64,000 nt of DNA from NCBI GenBank assembly GCA_903878125.1, contig CAIRGS010000153.1, forward strand, positions 181 to 64,180, in the 5' to 3' direction. The position numbers and the translations under genes are program-made. The DNA comes from an uncultured Nitrosomonadales bacterium (GTDB lineage Bacteria; Pseudomonadota; Gammaproteobacteria; Burkholderiales; Gallionellaceae). Position 1 is the first letter of the stretch. Every line of letters begins with the position of its first letter. This document shows positions 50,726-59,296 of this stretch, piece after piece. The notes below the pieces were generated by a model that made no database searches, was not told the origin of the DNA, and saw only the letters and a list, made by a program, of their open reading frames with translations.

Positions 50726-50997
50726 TTAAGCTTAGTGGGATTTGTCGTAATTTATTCAAGCACCCTAAAGTGTCACTATAACTTGTCGTAAAGTAAATTG
50801 TATCCATGCATTGGATTAGAAAGATGGGGGGTTTAAATCACAAAGTATTTTTTCGTCATTGAAACTATTGCCATCTTGATTTTATTACGCTTTTTTAAAG
50901 CGCAATGCAATGTTAGACTGCGATGGAACTTATTTATATTCGTAATATTTTGTTATGATTTAATCCACTTAACATATAAAGTTCCAATCACAAAATC

Positions 50998-52098
50998 ATG
51001 ATCAAAGGCACATTAAGTATTCCGTTAGATTTCTTGTATACCAAGACACCCCCTTTACTAGGGGTCGATATTTGCTCGTCTTCAATCAAAATTGTGGAGC
51101 TAAGCGAATCAGCGAATAAAAACGGCTATGTTCTTGAGTATTATGTAATAGAAGCATTGCCAAAAAATGCGGTAAGCGATGGCAATATTAATGATATGGA
51201 GGCAGTTTCGGAATGTCTACGACATGCTTGGAAGCGAATGGGGACACGCATTAAAAACATTAGCCTTGCACTTCCCGCTGCCGCCGTAATTAGCAAAAAA
51301 ATTTTTCTTCCTGGTGGTTTGACTGAAGAAGATATGGAACATCAGGTGGAGGCAGAAGCAAATCAGTACATCCCATTTGCTATTGACGAGGTCAGCCTGG
51401 ATTTTCAAGTAATGGGCCCGGCACCTGGCAATACCGAGGAAGTCGAAATACTGTTGGCTGCCTCGCGTAATGCTAACGTGGAAGATCGGGTTGCTGTCGC
51501 ACAAGTTGCCGGGCTCAAGGTGGTGGTAATGGATGTGGAGCATTACGCCGGAGAAATGGCGTTTGATCAGATACGCTTGCAGTTGCCGGGAGGCGCCGCA
51601 GATCAATGCGTAGCGTTGGTAGATATAGGCGCGAACGTAATTAATGTAGATATACTGCGCAACGGGCAATCGGTGTACATGCGCGACCAGCAAATGGGGG
51701 GGGATCAATTGACACAACATATCCAGAATGCCTTCGGCTTGTCCGCCGAGGAGGCAGAAGCAGGCAAACTTAATGGCGGATTGCCCGAGAATTACGAAAG
51801 CGACGTACTGACACCGTTCCGCGAAAGTGTGGCAGGCGAAGTGTTTCGTGCCATTCAGCTTTTCTTTACCTCAACTCAGTTCAACGAAGTAAGTTACATT
51901 GTTTTAGCTGGCGGCTGCGCAGCGCTATCTAATTTGGATGATTCTGTTGCAACGCGTACGCAGGTGAAAACATTGGTGGCTAATCCCTTTGCTCAGATGA
52001 CCTTGTCCGGGCGTATCAAGCAGCGCCAATTACAGATTGATGCGCCAGCGCTAATGATTGCTTGTGGCCTTGCGATGCGGAGGTTTGATCCTTCATGA
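50998..52098 (+). CDS. pilM: type IV pilus assembly ATPase-fold protein PilM
   Basis: 366 aa, actin-like fold, LLGVDICSSSIKIVEL...; first gene of pilMNOPQ. Confidence 0.9.
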   Translation: MIKGTLSIPLDFLYTKTPPLLGVDICSSSIKIVELSESANKNGYVLEYYVIEALPKNAVSDGNINDMEAVSECLRHAWKRMGTRIKNISLALPAAAVISKKIFLPGGLTEEDMEHQVEAEANQYIPFAIDEVSLDFQVMGPAPGNTEEVEILLAASRNANVEDRVAVAQVAGLKVVVMDVEHYAGEMAFDQIRLQLPGGAADQCVALVDIGANVINVDILRNGQSVYMRDQQMGGDQLTQHIQNAFGLSAEEAEAGKLNGGLPENYESDVLTPFRESVAGEVFRAIQLFFTSTQFNEVSYIVLAGGCAALSNLDDSVATRTQVKTLVANPFAQMTLSGRIKQRQLQIDAPALMIACGLAMRRFDPS

Positions 52099-52691
52099 TA
52101 CGCATTAATTTATTACCGCATCGTGCCGAGAAGCGCAAAGCACGGCAGATTCAGTTCTATGCGTTTAGCATAATCACGCTAATGCTGGCGGCCATGCTTG
52201 TCGGCTTTGTACATGTTGTAATCACTACGCAGATTGAATATCAAGAACGCCGCAACCGATATTTGACAGATCAAATTGTCCTGCTAGACAAGCAAATCGC
52301 TGAAATAAAGCAACTCAAGATGGAAATCGCAGCACTGATGGAACGGAAAACGGTGGTTGAAAAACTACAACGTACCCGCTCAGACGTGGTGCATCTGTTG
52401 GATCAGATGTTGAATATTTTGCCCAAAAGCGTGTATTTAAAATCGATCACACAAACTGGCAACAAGGTTACCTTGGTTGGTTTTACTCAGTCAAATGCGC
52501 GGGTATCCACTCTGATGCGCTCCATTGAAAGCTCTCAATGGCTAGAGTCGCCAACACTGGTTCAAATTTCTGCGATACCCGCCAATGCGAATGGGCCACG
52601 CTTGAGCGAGTTTACTCTGAATTTCAATTTGACCCCTCAGGTACCAACCACCCCCGCTGCTCCGGCTAGGATAGCTGGCACGACAAGTTAG
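52095..52691 (+). CDS. pilN: type IV pilus assembly protein PilN
   Basis: MIRINLLPHRAEKRK..., the canonical PilN N-terminus plus a single TM. 4-nt overlap with pilM. Confidence 0.9.
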   Translation: MIRINLLPHRAEKRKARQIQFYAFSIITLMLAAMLVGFVHVVITTQIEYQERRNRYLTDQIVLLDKQIAEIKQLKMEIAALMERKTVVEKLQRTRSDVVHLLDQMLNILPKSVYLKSITQTGNKVTLVGFTQSNARVSTLMRSIESSQWLESPTLVQISAIPANANGPRLSEFTLNFNLTPQVPTTPAAPARIAGTTS

Positions 52692-52699
52692 GTGAAATC

Positions 52700-53326
52700 A
52701 TGCGGCTGCTAGAAGAACTAAAAAATATTAACCCCAAAACCCCGGGCGGCTGGCCTTTGTTAGTGAAGCTCAGCGCATTTGTGGCGATATTCGTGATTGT
52801 TTTATTTTCGGGTGCCATATTTGACTGGAAGGATCGTTGGGAAGCGCTGAGCGCGGCCAAGCAGACTGAAATTACACTAAAAGCAGATTTCAAGACCAAG
52901 AAGGCGATAGCCATCAATCTGGATGTTATCAATAAAAAACTTACGGAAGCCAAGCAATCGTTTGACGCGCTACTGAAACAATTACCGAGCAAGTCAGAAA
53001 TGGATGCGTTACTGACCGATATTAATCAGGCTGGCTTGGGTCGCGGTTTGCAATTTGAATTGTTTAAACCCAGCGCCGAGATTATTACCGGCGTATTTGC
53101 TGAGCAGGCAATTACCATCAAAGTAACGGGCAATTATGATGACATTGGTAAATTTGCTAGCGATATTGCCCAATTGCCGCGCATCGTATCGTTGAGCGAA
53201 ATCAGCATTAATCCAACGGGAGGGCATCTGACCATGGACACTAAAGCTAAAACATATCGCTATTTAGATGAAGAAGAATTAGCTGCCCAGAAACAAGCGT
53301 CCAAGAAAGCTGGAGCACACAAATGA
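52700..53326 (+). CDS. pilO: type IV pilus assembly protein PilO
   Basis: 208 aa with a TM, a coiled coil and a ferredoxin-like core (...ITIKVTGNYDDIGKFASDIAQLPRIVSL...). Confidence 0.88.
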   Translation: MRLLEELKNINPKTPGGWPLLVKLSAFVAIFVIVLFSGAIFDWKDRWEALSAAKQTEITLKADFKTKKAIAINLDVINKKLTEAKQSFDALLKQLPSKSEMDALLTDINQAGLGRGLQFELFKPSAEIITGVFAEQAITIKVTGNYDDIGKFASDIAQLPRIVSLSEISINPTGGHLTMDTKAKTYRYLDEEELAAQKQASKKAGAHK

Positions 53327-53835
53327 GACTGGCTTGCTTGCTACTGTTCTCATCTTTATTGCTGTCTGCCTGCGCAGAAGAAGAGTTTCAGGATTTGCGC
53401 GATTTCGTCAAAGAAACTGGAAGCGGAATGCGGGGTAAGGTGGACCCCCCCCCTGAGATCAAGCCTTATGAGCCATTTGTTTATGATAACTCTACAGGTT
53501 TGCCCGATCCATTCAAACCACGCAAGCCCGAAGCAAAAAGTGGCGATCTCCCTAGCCTCAACCAGCCGGATATGAAACGGCGTAGAGAAGCACTGGAAGA
53601 GTTACCGTTAGAAAGTTTGAAGATGGTCGGTTTCCTTTATAAGAATAAAGTTGGCCATGCTATCGTCCGCTCAACGGATGGCAGACTCCACCGAGTCAAG
53701 GCAGGCAATTATCTGGGGTCAAATTTCGGTAAAATTATTTCTGTAACAGAAACTGAAGTTAAAATCAAGGAAATCGTGCAAGATAGTGCGGGCGACTGGA
53801 CGGAACGTATAAGTAGTCTGTCATTGATGGAATGA
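53323..53835 (+). CDS. pilP: type IV pilus assembly lipoprotein PilP
   Basis: Lipobox LLLSACA and a C-terminal beta-sandwich (...LKMVGFLYKNKVGHAIVRSTDGRLHRVKAGNYLG...). Confidence 0.88.
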   Translation: MRLACLLLFSSLLLSACAEEEFQDLRDFVKETGSGMRGKVDPPPEIKPYEPFVYDNSTGLPDPFKPRKPEAKSGDLPSLNQPDMKRRREALEELPLESLKMVGFLYKNKVGHAIVRSTDGRLHRVKAGNYLGSNFGKIISVTETEVKIKEIVQDSAGDWTERISSLSLME

Positions 53836-53852
53836 ATGATTAGGAGTGACAT

Positions 53853-55970
53853 ATGAGACATTATAAAAACGCGGTCAATAACCTTGTTCTGCTTGTTTTC
53901 TCAGTATTTGCGGTTTGTGCGTTAACTGCCCATGCACAAAGCAATACCAATGCGCAAAACGCTAGCACACAAAATTCTGACGCAGAAAACAGCATACAGT
54001 CGCTCAGCGTCAGCGCTGCATCAGACGGCAAACTGGTACTTAAATTGGGTTTGAAGAATGCGCTTGCCAATCCGCCTTTGAATTTTTCTATCAGCAATCC
54101 GGCACGCATAGTATTTGATTTCCCCAATACAACAAATGGGCTTGGCAAATCGGCACAGACATTTGGCATAGGTGAATTGCGTGGCGCCAATATAGTGCAA
54201 TCAGGCAATCGCACCCGCTTGGTGGTTAACCTCAATCAAACATTGGTTTATGACGCGCATACACAGGGTGCCAACCTGCTGATAACCCTGCATGGCAAAA
54301 TTCCTGCGGCATCAGCGACAGTGGCCTCTGAACGATTTACTGAAGCGAAGTCAAGCACCCAGAAATATAGCCTGCGTGATATCGTTTTTCGCCGTGGTGG
54401 GAATAGTGGAGGACGCATTCAGGTAGACCTGTCAGACCCTGGTGTGGGTATAAGCGTTAAGCAACAGGGTAAAAACCTGATCGTGGACTTCATGAATACC
54501 AGTCTACCGCGCAACTTGCAACGTAAACTTGATGTAATGGATTTCGGTACGCCAATACAGGGAGTCGATACATTTATACAGGGTGACCATGTGCGCATGG
54601 TCATTGAACCCAAGGGCTTGTGGGAGCACGTCGCCTACCAGACGGATAACAAATTTATCGTGGAAATAAAAGCAGTGGCGGAGGATCCGAATAAGCTGTT
54701 GAAAAGCAGACAGATCGGTTATGCGGGCGAAAAATTAACATTGAGTTTCCAGAATATTGCAGTGCGCGAAGCGCTGAATGTTATTGCCGACTTTACTAAT
54801 CTGAACATGGTAATCAGCGATTCCGTGAGCGGCAATCTGACTTTACGCCTTAAGGATGTGCCTTGGGATCAAGCGCTACAAATCATTCTTGATTCACGCG
54901 GTCTGGATATGCGCAAAAATGGCAACGTGATCCAAGTTGCCCCGCGCGAGGAATTGGCGAGCAAGGAAAAGCTTGCTTTAGCAGCGAATCAAGAAATCTT
55001 CGACCTTGAGGCTCTCCACACGGAAAGTTTCCGACTTGCTTATTCAAAAGGAGCGGAAATTGTCGCTTTACTGCAGAGCCCGACACAGCGTATGCTATCC
55101 AAACGCGGGAGCGCAGTGGTGGATGCACGCACCAATACTGTATTCGTTCAAGATACGCCATCGCGCCTGGAGGAAGCACGCAAGCTGATCAAGCAAGTCG
55201 ATGTTGCCGTGCGCCAAGTAATGATTGAAGCACGTTTTGTTGAGGCAAGTGATAAATTTAGCCGAACCTTGGGTGGAAGATTAAGCTATACCGGGCCACC
55301 TCCATCTAGTGGAGGAGGGTTTTCTGTGGGTGGAGGTCGTGGTTCTGTAGGCGGTAGTGCTGGTGGTGGGGAAGTCAACCTGCCAGGAACCCCGGGGGTG
55401 ATTGGTACTGGTGTAGTGACAGCGATGCTATTCAACTCATCGGTGACAAAAATATTAGGGCTGGAGTTGCAGGCATCCCAACTGAATGGAACAACCAAAA
55501 ACATTGCCAGCCCTCGTGTGGTAACGGCAAATGGAACAGAGGCGATAATTGAACAAGGTGTGCAAATACCCTATCAAACAGTCAGTCTGCAGGGGACTAA
55601 TGTATTGTTTAAAAAGGCAATTTTAAGCCTTACCGTAACTCCTCAGATCACGCCAGATGATAATATCAACATGAAAGTAGACGTAACCCAGGATTCTGTG
55701 GGCGAGATAATCAACACAACGGTGGGGGGGATACCCAGCATTAATACCAAGAAAATCAGTACCCAGGTATTGATCGATAATGGAGGAACCGTTGTTATTG
55801 GCGGAGTTTATCTTCAAGATGAGATAAGTACGACCCCCAAGGTGCCGCTGTTAGGTGACATTCCTTTCTTCGGGTGGCTATTTAAAAATCAAACTGATAC
55901 TAATAGCAAAAGGGAATTGTTAGTTTTTATTTCCCCAAAAATTCTGAGTGATAGCTTGAATCTGCGTTAA
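53853..55970 (+). CDS. pilQ: type IV pilus secretin PilQ
   Basis: 705 aa with a signal peptide, two AMIN-like N-terminal domains, N0/N1 (STN) domains and a C-terminal secretin domain (...VPLLGDIPFFGWLFK...). Confidence 0.93.
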   Translation: MRHYKNAVNNLVLLVFSVFAVCALTAHAQSNTNAQNASTQNSDAENSIQSLSVSAASDGKLVLKLGLKNALANPPLNFSISNPARIVFDFPNTTNGLGKSAQTFGIGELRGANIVQSGNRTRLVVNLNQTLVYDAHTQGANLLITLHGKIPAASATVASERFTEAKSSTQKYSLRDIVFRRGGNSGGRIQVDLSDPGVGISVKQQGKNLIVDFMNTSLPRNLQRKLDVMDFGTPIQGVDTFIQGDHVRMVIEPKGLWEHVAYQTDNKFIVEIKAVAEDPNKLLKSRQIGYAGEKLTLSFQNIAVREALNVIADFTNLNMVISDSVSGNLTLRLKDVPWDQALQIILDSRGLDMRKNGNVIQVAPREELASKEKLALAANQEIFDLEALHTESFRLAYSKGAEIVALLQSPTQRMLSKRGSAVVDARTNTVFVQDTPSRLEEARKLIKQVDVAVRQVMIEARFVEASDKFSRTLGGRLSYTGPPPSSGGGFSVGGGRGSVGGSAGGGEVNLPGTPGVIGTGVVTAMLFNSSVTKILGLELQASQLNGTTKNIASPRVVTANGTEAIIEQGVQIPYQTVSLQGTNVLFKKAILSLTVTPQITPDDNINMKVDVTQDSVGEIINTTVGGIPSINTKKISTQVLIDNGGTVVIGGVYLQDEISTTPKVPLLGDIPFFGWLFKNQTDTNSKRELLVFISPKILSDSLNLR

Positions 55971-55990
55971 ACAATAGACGTATGAACTTA

Positions 55991-56018
55991 AAAAAGCCCG
56001 GTACAGCCGGGCTTTTTT
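55991..56018 (+). terminator. rho-independent terminator after pilQ
   Basis: aaaaAGCCCGG-tacag-CCGGGCTttttt: a 7-bp GC-rich stem followed by T6, 21 nt after the pilQ stop. The A-run on the 5' side makes it potentially bidirectional. Confidence 0.85.
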
Positions 56019-56084
56019 AAGTTGCAGAAAGCAGTGAGCGCGATGATTTTGGGCTACAATTCGATGATGTATCATACTAATGCA

Positions 56085-56627
56085 ATGCAGCCCAAGCGCC
56101 TTTCCGGCAACATCTTCCTTGTGGGAATGATGGGAGCGGGGAAAACAACCGTAGGGAAAATGCTCGCTCAGGCGTTAGGAAAGGTTTTTGTTGACAGTGA
56201 TGAAGAAATTCAGCTGCGTACTGGCGTAACCATCCCGCACATCTTTGATATTGAGGGTGAGGCTGGTTTTCGTGAGCGCGAAGCAAGCGTAATTCAAGAC
56301 TTGGTACTGCTCGACAACATTGTTTTAGCGACTGGGGGTGGCACGATATTGAATGAGGAAAGCCGCGTTGCATTGTGCTGCAATGGCATAGTGGTGTACC
56401 TGAAAAGCACAATTCATGACCTCTGGCAGCGAACTCGCCATGATCGCAATCGACCGTTATTGCAGACAGCCGATCCATATACCAAACTCAAAAGCATGTA
56501 TGAGCAGCGTGATCCGCTATATGCACAAGTAGCCAATTTGGTTATGCCTACCGGCAAACAAAGCGCGCAAAGTCTGGTTTTTCATTTGCAGCAGGAGCTA
56601 AACCGATTTTCGGAAACTAAATCGTAA
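56085..56627 (+). CDS. aroK: shikimate kinase
   Basis: NIFLVGMMGAGKTTVGK Walker A and ...LATGGG... ATG 56085 is chosen because earlier in-frame ATGs (56022 onward) abut the pilQ terminator. The start is uncertain. Confidence 0.88.
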   Translation: MQPKRLSGNIFLVGMMGAGKTTVGKMLAQALGKVFVDSDEEIQLRTGVTIPHIFDIEGEAGFREREASVIQDLVLLDNIVLATGGGTILNEESRVALCCNGIVVYLKSTIHDLWQRTRHDRNRPLLQTADPYTKLKSMYEQRDPLYAQVANLVMPTGKQSAQSLVFHLQQELNRFSETKS

Positions 56628-56910
56628 CAACCATTAAGATCACATTAAATCATGATAGCAGCGGTCGTTCCCGCTTAGTCCGGCTGATAACTCTACCCAC
56701 TTTAAGGTATGGAAGGTCGAGAAATCTAATTGGATGGTCAACTATTCAAAAGTAATTTTTAATCAATCCCATAGAATTTTAGCCTGCGCAGGAATTTCTG
56801 AAATGGCAGTAATAACAGGGCAATTCGTTCAGTCTCAGTCTTGATCGTCTAAATGTTATAGCATTGCCTACCATTCTTTATGCAGTCTTCACTAGAAACT
56901 CTCAAAATTT

Positions 56911-57999
56911 ATGCAAACATTAACCGTTGGACTAGCAGAGCGCAGCTATCCTATTTATATAGGCAGTGACTTACTAGGATGTGCGGAATTGCTATTGCCG
57001 CACTTGCCCCACAAAAGAGCGGCAGTGGTGACCAACACTACAGTGGCGCCACTGTACCTGGAACCATTGCGTACCATCCTGCAAGCTCATGGCGTGGACA
57101 TCATTTCCATCGTTTTGCCGGATGGTGAACAATACAAAAATGCAGAAACGCTAGGGTTAATTTACGATGCACTGCTCTCCCATCGGTGCGAACGCAACAC
57201 ACCATTGATCGCCTTGGGCGGGGGGGTGATAGGCGACATGACGGGTTATGCTGCCGCAACCTATTTGCGCGGCGTTCCTTTCATCCAGATTCCTACCACT
57301 CTGCTGGCGCAGGTAGATTCATCGGTTGGTGGCAAGACCGGCATCAACCATCCGTTAGGTAAGAATATGATAGGTGCGTTTTACCAGCCGCAAATTGTGC
57401 TTGCCGATATCACCACACTGAATACATTGAAGGATCAGGAGTTACGCGCGGGTATTGCGGAAGTCATAAAATACGGCCTGATTCGAGATTTATCTTTCTT
57501 CGAGTGGCTGGAACAAAACGTGGAAAAATTATTGGCGCGCGATGCGAATACGCTGCAATACGCCATCACACGCAGCTGCCGGAATAAGGCCGAGGTAGTC
57601 GCTGCAGACGAGCGGGAAAATGGTGAACGTGCACTGCTTAACCTGGGCCATACCTTCGGTCACGCTATCGAGACAGGCATGGGTTATGGCACCTGGCTGC
57701 ATGGCGAGGCAGTCGCTGCAGGTACCATTATGGCCGCCGATCTATCGTGTCGCCTGGGTTGGCTCAGCAAGGAGGATACGGATCGCATCCGTAGCTTGTT
57801 TGAACGCGCTGGCCTACCGGTTGTCGCGCCTGCTTTGGGCGTGGAGAAATACCTGCAATTGATGGGCCTGGACAAAAAAGTGGTTGGCGGAAAAATCCGT
57901 TTCGTGCTGCTTAAAAGCATAGGTAGTGCGGTGATAAGAGGGAACGTGGAGCCGGAATTATTGCGGCAAACCTTGATGACGAACAGCGCGCATGACTGA
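56911..57999 (+). CDS. aroB: 3-dehydroquinate synthase
   Basis: 362 aa with ...[48 protein letters not shown]... and HTFGHAIE. Confidence 0.95.
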   Translation: MQTLTVGLAERSYPIYIGSDLLGCAELLLPHLPHKRAAVVTNTTVAPLYLEPLRTILQAHGVDIISIVLPDGEQYKNAETLGLIYDALLSHRCERNTPLIALGGGVIGDMTGYAAATYLRGVPFIQIPTTLLAQVDSSVGGKTGINHPLGKNMIGAFYQPQIVLADITTLNTLKDQELRAGIAEVIKYGLIRDLSFFEWLEQNVEKLLARDANTLQYAITRSCRNKAEVVAADERENGERALLNLGHTFGHAIETGMGYGTWLHGEAVAAGTIMAADLSCRLGWLSKEDTDRIRSLFERAGLPVVAPALGVEKYLQLMGLDKKVVGGKIRFVLLKSIGSAVIRGNVEPELLRQTLMTNSAHD

Positions 58000-59113
58000 A
58001 CTTGCACCTTATGCGGTAACTGAGGCTAACACTCGCGGCAGAAATGAATGTGAGGAAGCGCCTTTTGGGCGCAGCGAATTTCAACGTGATCGTGATCGCA
58101 TCATCCATTCCACCGCCTTCCGTCGCCTGGAATACAAGACTCAGGTATTTGTTAATCATGAAGGCGACCTATTTCGCACTCGGCTGACTCACAGCATGGA
58201 AGTAGCACAAATTGCCCGCTCCATCGCACGGTATCTGAAATTAAATGAAGACCTGGTGGAAGCCATATCGCTCGCCCACGATCTCGGTCACACGCCATTC
58301 GGCCATGCCGGGCAGGATGCACTCAATGCCTGCATGAAGGATTACGGTGGCTTCGAGCACAACCTGCAATCGCTGCGTGTGGTGGATGTACTCGAAGATC
58401 ATTATGCCGCTTTTGATGGACTCAATCTGTGCTTCGAAACGCGCGAGGGAATCCTCAAACATTGCTCGCCGGTAAATGCCGCCAAACTGGGGGCAGTGGG
58501 CGAGCGTTTCCTTAAGCAGCAGCGTCCTTCGCTGGAAGCGCAGATCGCAAATTTGGCCGATGAGATCGCCTACAACAACCACGATGTTGATGACGGCCTG
58601 CGCTCCGGGTTACTTACGCTGGAACAGTTTTCCTCGGTGCGCTTGTTTGTCGATCATCTCGATGCTGTACGACTAGCCTACCCCGGCCTGGCCGAACGTC
58701 GCCTGATTCACGAAACGATACGGCGCATGATCAATACACTTGCAACAGATTTAATCCATGAAACTGAAAAAAACATTCGGACTCATGCTGTGCGTGATAT
58801 CGCCGAAGTCCGCTCCGCCCCGCCGTTGGCCGCGTTCAGCGCCGAGATCCATGAGCAGCAGCGCGAACTCAAAGCCTTCCTGCATAAACATTTATACCGT
58901 CATTACCTCGTCATGCGCATGAGTGCAAAGGCGCGCCGCATCATCAGCGACCTATTTCAAGTCTTCATTGAGAATAACCGCCTGCTGCCTCCGCAGTTTC
59001 AGAGGCAGGCACAAGCCGACCGTGCCCGCACCGTGTCCGATTACATTGCCGGCATGACTGATCGCTACGCCATCAAAGAGCACCGAAGGTTGTTTGCCAT
59101 TGAAGAAGGATGA
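57992..59113 (+). CDS. dgt: dGTPase-like HD-domain triphosphohydrolase
   Basis: 373 aa with [27 protein letters not shown] and HSMEV...[13 protein letters not shown] (HD motif). 8-nt overlap with aroB. Confidence 0.85.
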   Translation: MTELAPYAVTEANTRGRNECEEAPFGRSEFQRDRDRIIHSTAFRRLEYKTQVFVNHEGDLFRTRLTHSMEVAQIARSIARYLKLNEDLVEAISLAHDLGHTPFGHAGQDALNACMKDYGGFEHNLQSLRVVDVLEDHYAAFDGLNLCFETREGILKHCSPVNAAKLGAVGERFLKQQRPSLEAQIANLADEIAYNNHDVDDGLRSGLLTLEQFSSVRLFVDHLDAVRLAYPGLAERRLIHETIRRMINTLATDLIHETEKNIRTHAVRDIAEVRSAPPLAAFSAEIHEQQRELKAFLHKHLYRHYLVMRMSAKARRIISDLFQVFIENNRLLPPQFQRQAQADRARTVSDYIAGMTDRYAIKEHRRLFAIEEG

Positions 59114-59296
59114 TTCCCGCTCTGCTTCAATAATGAAGTCTGCGTCATGCCTCATGCCTGGTTGATGCAAGAATTCCTGCTGCGAAGTTTTTTATACGAA
59201 TAAAAATCCAAGTTGCTATCCCCGCAAAAAAACATGAGAATTTTTCAATCCATGCCAACTGCGAAGCTTCCCTTATATAATGCCGCACCCTGAAAC

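Noticed and set aside
55280-55400. A glycine-rich insert in PilQ (GPPPSSGGGFSVGGGRGSVGGSAGGGE).
   Set aside because: It is a low-complexity loop in a region of secretins that tolerates insertions. It is in frame with no repeat structure at the DNA level beyond GGN codons.
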